Of a stretch of DNA of 59,727 nt, positions 52,426-59,727 are shown piece by piece (positions within the stretch are counted from its first letter, which is position 1; every line of letters starts with the position of its first letter). Origin of the DNA: Oscillospiraceae bacterium (GTDB taxonomy: Bacteria; Bacillota_I; Bacilli_A; RFN20; CAG-288). The position numbers and the translations under genes are program-made. Below the pieces are notes generated by a model. The model saw nothing but the letters and a program-made list of their open reading frames with translations. It ran no database searches and was not told the origin of the DNA. The stretch lies in assembly GCA_963654365.1 (NCBI GenBank), contig CAVJZP010000004.1:1-59727 (forward strand), written 5' to 3'.

Positions 52426-54324
52426 ATGAAGAAAAACAGACTCTTATCTTTACTGGCTATTGTGATGCTTGCATCCTGTCAGTCGACAGCAGCAAGCGAT
52501 AGTTCTCTAACCAGTTCGTCCTCTTCTTCCTCTTTTTCCTATACGGACAGTATCGACGCCTTTGATGAAGAAGAGGCCATCGACATCGAATCCGATTACG
52601 AAAGCCAAGAAGAAGAGACGCTATCTGACACCGATACTTCAATCGATGTCTCAAGTATCGCTTCTGGTGAAAGCTACACCATCAAAGAAGGTGGCACTTT
52701 CGTTCTGAGCGGAAAGAATGACAACGCGAGAATCGTTATCAATACAAGCGATGATGTCATACTTCTCCTTAACAATGTCACATTGACTTCATTGACAGAT
52801 TCTCCGCTCGAGGTCAAGGCAGCCGCTTCCTTTAAAATCAAAGTCCTTTCCAAGACGAAGAACTATTTCACCGACAGTGAGAACAATACCCTGGAAGCCT
52901 GTATCCTTGTCAAGAAAGTAAAGCTCGAGATAGAAGGAACTGGATATCTCTATGTCGCAGGAAAAGGTCTTAGCAATGACACCGTCGACTCCGGTGTCGG
53001 CATTCAGGACGCCAAGGGAATCAGCATCAAGAATGCTCACATCCTTGTCACGGAATCTGTCTCTCACGCTTTGAACAGCAAAGCAGGTTTTGAAATCGAT
53101 TCCGCCAAACTTAGCCTTGTCTCGAAGAAGGACGGAATCCATTCCAAAGAAGGCAGTGTCAGTATCACTTCCTCTGTACTCAATAGCGATACCTATGGAG
53201 ACTCTATCGACGCCTTAGACACTGTCAATGTCACGTCGACTGACACCCATGTTGTCACCCATGGAGAATACGTTCTCTACGATGCCTCTTCTGATACGGG
53301 CAACTCTCTTTACGAAGACTCTGTATACATTCTGGAAAACGGAGAATACAAAAAGATTTCCGGCGATGAGATGACGCGTTATCATACTCGCTACTACCTG
53401 AATCAGAAGTGCAAAGGATTCAAAAGCGAAGCGACAGTCACTATCGATGGAGGAGACTATTATTTCTATACCGCGGATGATTCTTTAGCCAGCGATACAG
53501 AAATCGATGTCCTCTCTGGTGACTTTGTCTTCTATACCTTAGATCAGGCCATTAACTCCGATCAGATACTCAATATTGGTGTAAGCGGAAACGAAGAGGA
53601 TCTCTCTATCCACATCTATCACTCCTATGAGGGCATCCAAGGCGGAAACATCTCTTTCAATGAGGGTTACATCTATATTGTAAGCACGGATGATGGAATC
53701 AATGCGACAAGCGATAGCTTAGACTCTGTCTCGATGAATTTCCATGGCGGATCCACCGTCTATATCAATGCCTCTGGAGACGGAATCGACTCCAACGGAG
53801 ATGTCGTAATGGATGGCGGAAACCTGATCGTCTTCGGTCCTACTTCTGGCGGAGATGGATCTTTGGACTTCGATGGAAGTTTCACCTATACTGGTGGCAC
53901 GCTCTTTGCTCTATCTCAGCAGGGCATGGTTCAGACTCCTTCTACCGATAAAATGAACGTCGCTTCCTTAAATCTCTCCAGCTATGAGAAGAATGCACTC
54001 TTATCCTTTGTTGTCGATGACTTTGAATTCTCTACGATACTTCCGAAAGCCTACTCTCAGCTCAATGTCATCCTTGGAAGCGAAAATCTCACTACGAATA
54101 GTACGCTTCGCGTTTATACGCCGACTTCTGGAAAACTCACCTATACCAATAGCGTCTATGTCGGAAGCAAAGCCTCTGATGCAAGCGAGGATATTCTTTC
54201 TGTCACGATTCAAAGCGGACTGACTTCCTCTGGCAGTTCCAATAATGGTGGTCCAAATGGTGGAGGTCCTGGCGGTAATAACCAGCCTGGCGGAAACGGT
54301 GACAATAGACCGGATAAACCGTAA
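52426..54324 (+). CDS. Lipoprotein with predicted beta-helix / carbohydrate-binding-like repeats (DUF4353-like) and G/P/N-rich tail
   Basis: MKKNRLLSLLAIVMLASC is the lipobox region, followed by a Ser-rich linker. DGI.S.., GD.IDS and DGINA motifs recur. The C-terminus reads SSNNGGPNGGGPGGNNQPGGNGDNRPDKP. Confidence 0.5.
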   Translation: MKKNRLLSLLAIVMLASCQSTAASDSSLTSSSSSSSFSYTDSIDAFDEEEAIDIESDYESQEEETLSDTDTSIDVSSIASGESYTIKEGGTFVLSGKNDNARIVINTSDDVILLLNNVTLTSLTDSPLEVKAAASFKIKVLSKTKNYFTDSENNTLEACILVKKVKLEIEGTGYLYVAGKGLSNDTVDSGVGIQDAKGISIKNAHILVTESVSHALNSKAGFEIDSAKLSLVSKKDGIHSKEGSVSITSSVLNSDTYGDSIDALDTVNVTSTDTHVVTHGEYVLYDASSDTGNSLYEDSVYILENGEYKKISGDEMTRYHTRYYLNQKCKGFKSEATVTIDGGDYYFYTADDSLASDTEIDVLSGDFVFYTLDQAINSDQILNIGVSGNEEDLSIHIYHSYEGIQGGNISFNEGYIYIVSTDDGINATSDSLDSVSMNFHGGSTVYINASGDGIDSNGDVVMDGGNLIVFGPTSGGDGSLDFDGSFTYTGGTLFALSQQGMVQTPSTDKMNVASLNLSSYEKNALLSFVVDDFEFSTILPKAYSQLNVILGSENLTTNSTLRVYTPTSGKLTYTNSVYVGSKASDASEDILSVTIQSGLTSSGSSNNGGPNGGGPGGNNQPGGNGDNRPDKP

Positions 54325-54339
54325 TCAGTCAAATAATAA

Positions 54340-54396
54340 AAAAGCATCCTAATAAGGATTTCCTCTAGTCAGACAAGAGTTCCCTAGGATGCTTTT
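54340..54396. terminator. Bidirectional terminator between the lipoprotein gene and the MarR gene
   Basis: 12-bp stem AAAAGCATCCTA / TAGGATGCTTTT around a long loop. Confidence 0.55.
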
Positions 54397-54399
54397 CCT

Positions 54400-54840
54400 T
54401 TATTTGATTTCCAGATAATCTTTTAAGTTAAGACAGATCTTTTTCATGGTTACAATGAAGTTCATCGCCTCCTCATCCGAGATTCCAATTCTTGCCTTTT
54501 CTAAGGCAGGAGCAATTTCTTTCTGAATATCGGAAGTGAGGACTTCACCGCTCACCGTCAAGGCGATTTTCTCTTTGTATTTTCCTTTGTTGTCATAGAC
54601 AATGTATTCTTTTTCCTTCAGGATTTTCAAAGCCTTGGAGATTGCCGCTTTATCCTCTAAGGTAAGTGAGATAAGTTCGGTTGCAGATAGCGGTCCTTTG
54701 TATCTCAGATAGAAGAGACATTCCACATGAATGGTCTTAAGTCCCTTCTTTCGAATGACATTCTCCTTCAGCTGATAGACAAACCTGGAGAGCATCTTGA
54801 TATAGGTCAGAATATCATCGACTCTTTGGTCTTCATTCAT
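54400..54840 (-). CDS. MarR-family transcriptional regulator
   Basis: 146 aa. The winged-helix core is LSATELISLTLEDKAAISKALKILKEKEYI. Confidence 0.75.
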   Translation of the reverse strand: MNEDQRVDDILTYIKMLSRFVYQLKENVIRKKGLKTIHVECLFYLRYKGPLSATELISLTLEDKAAISKALKILKEKEYIVYDNKGKYKEKIALTVSGEVLTSDIQKEIAPALEKARIGISDEEAMNFIVTMKKICLNLKDYLEIK

Positions 54841-54913
54841 TTTATAAAATCCTCCTTTTTGATTTTATAATATGCAACATTTATATAAATTTGAAGCAGG
54901 GTGAATTATCGAT

Positions 54914-54948
54914 AATCATAGAGAAATCAACCGATTTTATCTATGATT
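54914..54948. promoter_or_regulatory. 9-bp inverted repeat upstream of the MarR gene (operator candidate)
   Basis: AATCATAGA (54914-54922) and TCTATGATT (54940-54948), separated by 17 nt. Confidence 0.3.
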
Positions 54949-55130
54949 CTAAGAGAAACGCCGTCGTTTCGCCTACGGGTTAATTTATCATAATCCATTC
55001 CTATTGCGTTTTCAACATACTTTTTATGAACACTATAAAAAAGAGAGATTTTTATTGAGTTCTTGTGTTACTGTTCATATTTCTGCTCCATGTATCGAAT
55101 CAAAACCTTGGAAAGAAATCAAAACAATTA

Positions 55131-55159
55131 CTGAAAAACACCTGATTTTTATGTATAAT
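55131..55159 (+). promoter_or_regulatory. Promoter candidate for tRNA-Leu(UAG)
   Basis: CTGAAA, 17 nt, TATAAT with an upstream TG (extended -10). Confidence 0.45.
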
Positions 55160-55200
55160 GTTAAGGCTGTCGAATAGATTTTCTATACAGCAATCCTAAC

Positions 55201-55284
55201 GGGCGTATGGTGGAATTGGTAGACACGCAAGACTTAGGATCTTGTGCCATTGGCATGCAGGTTCGATTCCTGTTACGCCCACCA
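55201..55284 (+). tRNA. tRNA-Leu (TAG)
   Basis: Acceptor GGGCGTA/TACGCCC, anticodon stem CAAGA/TCTTG with loop CTTAGGA, long variable arm, T-loop TTCGATT, encoded CCA. Confidence 0.9.
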
Positions 55285-55296
55285 CTTGTATTATTG

Positions 55297-55321
55297 CCTC
55301 CGCAATGTTGCGGAGGTTTTT
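55297..55321 (+). terminator. Terminator after tRNA-Leu(UAG)
   Basis: CCTCCGCA-atgt-TGCGGAGG followed by TTTTTA. Confidence 0.75.
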
Positions 55322-55489
55322 ATGTCTTAAAGAAAAGAAACTAACACACCTGAATTACAACGCATTATTGCGATGGATAACAACGGGTCATCCCACCCGT
55401 TTTCGTCTAACAAGTAGGGTTCATTGTAAACTCACACATTCTTATCTTATGATGTTATTAACAGCGAATATTGCTTAGTTCATTTAACA

Positions 55490-55533
55490 CTTCAACATAG
55501 CTTCAACACTTACTTCAATGGAACTTCAATGGA
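55490..55533. repeat. Four CTTCAA(C/T)(A/G) motifs at 11-12 bp spacing, the last two forming an exact 11-bp tandem duplication
   Basis: The motif starts at 55490, 55501, 55513 and 55524. acttcaatgga occurs twice in tandem (55512-55533). Confidence 0.6.
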
Positions 55534-55863
55534 ATCGTGACCAGATTTCATCGTATATCACTTTATAAGTTTTCGGCTATTTCTTTATTTGTGAAATATT
55601 TTCTTAGTTGTCTTACCACAGAGATGAATGTCAGAAGTCTACTTTTCACTGCCGATTCAATATGTTGTAAGTCGCGTTCATATTTTTGTAATATCAATCA
55701 ATTTCCATACGTGATCTTTATAAAAACCAGTAAGCAAAAATCATCCGCGGAGGCACCTTTTTGTACTGAACTCCACTTGTTGGAGCAGGAACAATAGACA
55801 AAGATGAATAAGACATAGCAGATGATTTAAAAGAAGTCTTTATCGCGAGCAGAAGAGAAAAAG

Positions 55864-55877
55864 TACAAATTATTGTA
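55864..55877. promoter_or_regulatory. Palindrome TACAA-ATTA-TTGTA overlapping a -35-like hexamer (operator/promoter, copy 1)
   Basis: aaaaaGTACAAATTATTGTATCTTTTCATC. TTGTAT, 16 nt, TAATAG follows. It lies 100 nt upstream of the ATG at 55977. A near-identical module is at 57640. Confidence 0.5.
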
Positions 55878-55976
55878 TCTTTTCATCTAGTTTCTAATAG
55901 ATGCATTATAATGATTATAATTATAAACAGTTGATAGCATGAGTTTAAAAAATGAAATCAAGGAGACACAAAGAAA

Positions 55977-56384
55977 ATGAATGAAACAAATGAGATCTTA
56001 GGGGCAAACAGTCAGAACATTCACTTTATTGGGAACGAAAAAATTTTGGAAAAGAAGCTGCTATCCCTTTGCCAGGAAGACAACATTCCTGTCAAAATCA
56101 TTGATGTGCTTGAAGAAGATAACGGACACAAGACAGATCTATCTGATCTATTCGATGAACTTCAGAAGAATAACGCCTTGCTATATCTAAAAAACTATAC
56201 AAAAGCTAGGCCTAATGTTCGGTATAAATTCTCTTGTATCTATAAACATCAGTGTTCTACCATCAATGGAATCGTCAACAAGGAAAGCCTTCAATATTTA
56301 GGGACAGTCATCATCTCTTCTGAGGATGATCTCTTTGAATTGGATGATAGCGAGTCATCGTGTTTCCGACATGTTCACATGTAA
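55977..56384 (+). CDS. Hypothetical acidic protein (135 aa)
   Basis: AAGGAG lies 8 nt upstream. No motif recognised. First gene of a two-gene operon (19-nt gap to the next gene). Confidence 0.55.
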   Translation: MNETNEILGANSQNIHFIGNEKILEKKLLSLCQEDNIPVKIIDVLEEDNGHKTDLSDLFDELQKNNALLYLKNYTKARPNVRYKFSCIYKHQCSTINGIVNKESLQYLGTVIISSEDDLFELDDSESSCFRHVHM

Positions 56385-56403
56385 AACGACGGAGATTTAA
56401 TCT

Positions 56404-57558
56404 ATGACCTATAATAATGACAGTAATAAAAGTCAGAAAGTCGCAGAGATTCTCTCTGTTCTAAGAATATACTTTGAAAAGACTAGCAAAAGTAACACTT
56501 TAAAGAAAAAGGAAATCCAAGACATTTCCAAAAATGCATATGATGTCGAAATCGAAAAAAGAAGGCTATCTGATATCATTAATGCAATCGAAGATATTTC
56601 GAGAAGCAATCCTGATCTTTTACCATACAAAATCAACACAAAAGGAAATAAATTCTATCGGGAGGGCTTTATTCTATCGGATGAGGATATCGATTTAATC
56701 ATCCAAATACTCAATGAATCATCTTTGATTTCCGATACTGAAAACGATTCGCTTCAGAACAGTCTGAGATCATTACAGTCTGTTGGTCATAAGTCTTATA
56801 TGAAAAACAAGGCAAGGAATGCAGATCCACGAATCAAGGATTTCCGTCATCTGAAAAACATAGCTAAGAAAAATGTGGTAGCAGATAATGGAGCCCGATA
56901 TTTTACTTTCGATTATGATTCTATCACTGAGGAAGAAATGTATATCTATCCTAAGATTCCGTTGAAAAAGGCAATAGGATTGAATGGTTTTGTCATCGAC
57001 ATCATCAATTGCTATGATGAGGAAGCACGCGTTTGTCTATTCGGAAACCTTCGAATCAATCACAACATATCAAAAGAATATCCGGTATTGATGATTCTCC
57101 CGATTTCAAAAATCATTGTCGATTTCAATAAGTCAAAAGAAGATTGGAGTCTTGATGAGATTAAGTATTGCCTTAATTTCAAATATGGAAACACCCGAAA
57201 TTATAATGACGCCTTTGAAGCAATAGAAGAATATAAGAAAGGAAATGAATCTGTTATATTCAATTTTGAAATCAAGTACATGGATAACGATGTGGATATC
57301 GTTGAACCACACGATAAGATTGTCAAAGAAGCTTTGAGGAAATTCTATCCATCACAATATGACAAGTTGAAATTTATTCAGCATAAAGATAGAACCGTTC
57401 ATGTCAAGTTTGTTTCAACGATAACTCGATTCTATAAGTTCTATTGTTCAAACATTAAGCTATTAGGAATACTAGGAATTGTATCTCCTGATTTTGTAGC
57501 AAGCAAATTAGTCTACTATTCTGATCAAATAAGCCAACACAACACGAAACACAAGTAA
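56404..57558 (+). CDS. Putative DNA-binding regulator, N-terminal winged-helix-like segment; possible HTH-WYL-WCX architecture
   Basis: VAEILSVLRIYFEKTS..LKKKEIQDIS......IEKRRLSDIINAIEDI resembles the DeoR/YafY-type wHTH found in WYL regulators. The middle and C-terminal parts are beta-rich. The assignment is by eye only. Confidence 0.35.
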   Translation: MTYNNDSNKSQKVAEILSVLRIYFEKTSKSNTLKKKEIQDISKNAYDVEIEKRRLSDIINAIEDISRSNPDLLPYKINTKGNKFYREGFILSDEDIDLIIQILNESSLISDTENDSLQNSLRSLQSVGHKSYMKNKARNADPRIKDFRHLKNIAKKNVVADNGARYFTFDYDSITEEEMYIYPKIPLKKAIGLNGFVIDIINCYDEEARVCLFGNLRINHNISKEYPVLMILPISKIIVDFNKSKEDWSLDEIKYCLNFKYGNTRNYNDAFEAIEEYKKGNESVIFNFEIKYMDNDVDIVEPHDKIVKEALRKFYPSQYDKLKFIQHKDRTVHVKFVSTITRFYKFYCSNIKLLGILGIVSPDFVASKLVYYSDQISQHNTKHK

Positions 57559-57567
57559 AAGCCGATT

Positions 57568-57602
57568 GGATTATCAGAAAACGACATGATGATAATCCTT
57601 TA
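57568..57602 (+). terminator. Weak terminator candidate after the regulator gene
   Basis: GGATTATC (57568-57575) / GATAATCC (57591-57598) with a 15-nt loop, then TTTAAA. Confidence 0.35.
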
Positions 57603-57639
57603 AACGATTGCACGAATCACAAATATCGCACTCAAAAAA

Positions 57640-57653
57640 TACAATTATTTGTA
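57640..57653. promoter_or_regulatory. Palindrome TACAA-TTAT-TTGTA overlapping a -35-like hexamer (operator/promoter, copy 2)
   Basis: aaaaaATACAATTATTTGTACATTTTCAGC. TTGTAC, 17 nt, TATACA follows. It lies 72 nt upstream of the ATG at 57725. Confidence 0.5.
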
Positions 57654-57724
57654 CATTTTCAGCACAAAGCATATACAAACTTGTTTTCTTATAAAATATA
57701 GATGCTACTTATAAGGAGGCAAGA

Positions 57725-58390
57725 ATGAAAAACACTTGGCTATTAAAAAGAAAAGGAAAAAGGGAACGTAAATTCCCTTCTTTTGAAGATGCAGTCACGG
57801 CAATGAAAGAAGAAATCATTTCCGTAATAAAACAGTATTCCAAAGACAACACGATACTTGGATTCAAATCATACTTTGATGCAAAAAGACAAAACGGGAC
57901 GATAACAAATGAAGAACTGATTATCGAAAGCCGTCTATCAATGCTGATTGATTCCTTGTACTATCCAGACAGAGAATCAGCAAAATGGCAAGCCTTAAAG
58001 TCCATCAAGCAAAAGTACTTCTATGATAGTGACACGAATCAAAATCAAGATGTTCTTTGCATACATATTGATAGGATAGGAAACGAAATCTCATTGAATC
58101 TGAATTCGAAGGAACGTTCAAATCGTACTGAAAATCATGAAGATTCCTCTGTCATCAGAAAATTGCAAACGAACGCCTTTGTTTTCAAAGAGAATGAAAA
58201 AGAAAGGTATTATTTCGTTCTCAGAGCAAGTTCAGCCATTGTAGAAGATAATAGGGAAGAGATTGCTGAGGAAGAAATAACCTTAACAAAACAAGAGGAC
58301 AAGTCAAAAGATCCTTCTGAATTCTCCGAAAAAGAGATCGAAAACATTCTGAAAGCGCTAGATGGCCCTTTCAAAAAAAATGACTTTTGA
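57725..58390 (+). CDS. Hypothetical protein (221 aa)
   Basis: AAGGAGG lies 7 nt upstream. No signal peptide, TM or motif recognised. Charged C-terminal third. Confidence 0.55.
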   Translation: MKNTWLLKRKGKRERKFPSFEDAVTAMKEEIISVIKQYSKDNTILGFKSYFDAKRQNGTITNEELIIESRLSMLIDSLYYPDRESAKWQALKSIKQKYFYDSDTNQNQDVLCIHIDRIGNEISLNLNSKERSNRTENHEDSSVIRKLQTNAFVFKENEKERYYFVLRASSAIVEDNREEIAEEEITLTKQEDKSKDPSEFSEKEIENILKALDGPFKKNDF

Positions 58391-58440
58391 AGAATATCTG
58401 GATTGGTGAGAAAGATGAAACAAGGATGGAGGAAAGAATC

Positions 58441-59700
58441 ATGAATAATGAAGATGATATCATCAACTCACTCAGTTGGGATACGAGACACTTCTTTGCA
58501 GATTTCATTAAGAAATTTGAAGACAAGATTGATACCGACGACACAAAAACCTTCGATGACGATAAAATATACGCCATTGATAAATCTGATTATCCTGCCA
58601 TGGCAGCCTATTGTCAAAAAGACAAAAGAGTCAATGATTTCAATGAGATTTCACCACTAAATTATTTCTTAGACGATGAGCTTTTCTGTGTTATGTTTCT
58701 TTATGATTATATTAGCTTCTCTTCCAATGAAATTCATCTGAATAAGAATTTGAAAAATATCAAAAATATGTCTTTCATTATAATCCCTGAAAAGGTCTAT
58801 GATATCACTGATCTGCTTAAAAGCAATATAGCAAAAAACGTTGAATCCGTATTCGTTAATCCCATGAATCTTCTCTTTGATTCAAGGGACAACTGTAATG
58901 CGATTATACTTCGGGGAGACCATCACGCAATCTTTCCCACATTAGACGCATTGATCTTTGGCTGTTACAAGACAAAAATTCCATCTTCCATTAAGATTAT
59001 AGGAAATTCGGCTTTTGCTAGTTGTAAAAAGTTAACTTCAATAGATATTCCTGATAATATCCAATGGATCTATGATAACGCTTTTCGCGACTGTACGAAT
59101 TTGATATCTATTCGATTATCAAAAAGATTATCCTATCTTGGACCTTTCACATTCGAAAAGTGTTCTAGTTTAAAGTCGATTGAATTACCTAAACAAATCA
59201 CTGAAATCAAATACAGCACCTTTCTTGGTTGCCGTAGTTTGGAATCCGTCACTTTTCCTCCTTCTTTAGAATTTATCGGAAATAAAGCCTTCTATGACTG
59301 CCAAAATTTAACTTCCATTTATATTCCAGGAAAAGTCAGAAAAATCAAAAGTGATGCATTCGGTCAAAGCCTATCGTTAGCGTCAATTTCTGTTGATAAA
59401 TCCAATAAAGTTTTCGATTCAAGAGACAACAGTAATGCGATCATCCGCACAAAAGATCATACTTTGATTTTAGCCTGCAACGAGACAAAGATTCCAAAAA
59501 ACATATTATCGATCGGATATCACGCGTTCATAAACTGTAAAAGGATAAAAGATATTGTTCTTCCTAGTTCCCTTCGCTCTATTGATGCCTTTGCTTTCTA
59601 CCAATGCAACCATATGGAACATTACTTCTATGAAGGCAGCCTTTACATGTTCAATAAGATAGAAATCAATAAAAAGTCAATAGTTGCACGTGGGTGGTAA
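58441..59700 (+). CDS. BspA-type leucine-rich-repeat (LRR_5-like) protein without signal peptide
   Basis: ORF track 58387..59700 (TTG). ATG 58441 is preferred (GGAGGAAAGAATC upstream). Repeats such as IPSSIKIIGNSAFASCKKLTSIDIP, IQWIYDNAFRDCTNLISIRL and LEFIGNKAFYDCQNLTSIYIP. The unit FDSRDN(C/S)NAII occurs twice. Confidence 0.7.
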   Translation: MNNEDDIINSLSWDTRHFFADFIKKFEDKIDTDDTKTFDDDKIYAIDKSDYPAMAAYCQKDKRVNDFNEISPLNYFLDDELFCVMFLYDYISFSSNEIHLNKNLKNIKNMSFIIIPEKVYDITDLLKSNIAKNVESVFVNPMNLLFDSRDNCNAIILRGDHHAIFPTLDALIFGCYKTKIPSSIKIIGNSAFASCKKLTSIDIPDNIQWIYDNAFRDCTNLISIRLSKRLSYLGPFTFEKCSSLKSIELPKQITEIKYSTFLGCRSLESVTFPPSLEFIGNKAFYDCQNLTSIYIPGKVRKIKSDAFGQSLSLASISVDKSNKVFDSRDNSNAIIRTKDHTLILACNETKIPKNILSIGYHAFINCKRIKDIVLPSSLRSIDAFAFYQCNHMEHYFYEGSLYMFNKIEINKKSIVARGW

Positions 59701-59727
59701 GATCAATCTGAAAATGTATAATAATGG

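Noticed and set aside
55537-55797. 86-aa GTG ORF in the island's non-coding stretch (plus the 78-aa ORF at 55242-55478), and a possible decayed integrase on the minus strand.
   Set aside because: The ORFs have no SD and an implausible composition, and one overlaps the tRNA. My manual minus-strand translation gave only short stop-interrupted fragments with no R..H.LR.....Y-type recombinase motifs. This is not supportable without a blastx search.

Overview
Chromosomal window from a low-GC Gram-positive (Bacillota-type) genome. Supporting signs are lipobox lipoproteins, a YfhO glycosyltransferase, the S10-spc-alpha gene order and tRNA genes that all encode CCA. A closer placement (Erysipelotrichia or Mollicutes-related) is only a guess, based on the missing rpmD and the extended ribosomal proteins.

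Core content:
- A complete 29-gene S10-spc-alpha cluster on the minus strand, rpsJ to rplQ (27.7-42.9 kb).
- cmk-der, cysS, hpt, rimO, mtaB and cysK-cysE.
- A heterodimeric ABC exporter pair, an MscS channel and 11 dispersed tRNA genes, most with a readable promoter and terminator.

Accessory or unusual content:
1. Left edge: a partial DUF4143-type AAA+ ATPase gene with three phased direct repeats in its promoter.
2. 0.6-8.8 kb: three tandem paralogous lipoprotein genes of unknown function. Two of them carry a duplicated dyad, promoter and 5' hairpin module. They sit divergently next to three translationally coupled genes: a multi-pass pseudo-kinase-like sensor, a PAS histidine kinase and a LuxR-type response regulator.
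3. 8.9-13.6 kb: a GNAT gene plus two convergent, overlapping GT-C membrane glycosyltransferase genes.
4. 14.2 kb: a glutathione-peroxidase-fold protein lacking the peroxidatic Cys.
5. 49.8-54.8 kb: TetR, an OmpR/HK pair, a beta-helix-like lipoprotein and MarR.
6. 55.3 kb to the window end: an AT-rich segment directly 3' of tRNA-Leu(UAG). It holds two small operons of unassignable genes behind the same TACAA-N4-TTGTA palindrome/-35 module. One gene is a possible wHTH/WYL-like regulator and one is a signal-less BspA-type LRR protein. This is my best candidate for an undescribed system, possibly defence-related.

No rRNA, CRISPR array, transposase or integrase was recognised.

All calls come from reading the ORF-track translations and the DNA by eye. 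Hairpin, promoter and tRNA coordinates were hand-indexed and may be off by 1-2 nt. No database search or folding calculation was run.
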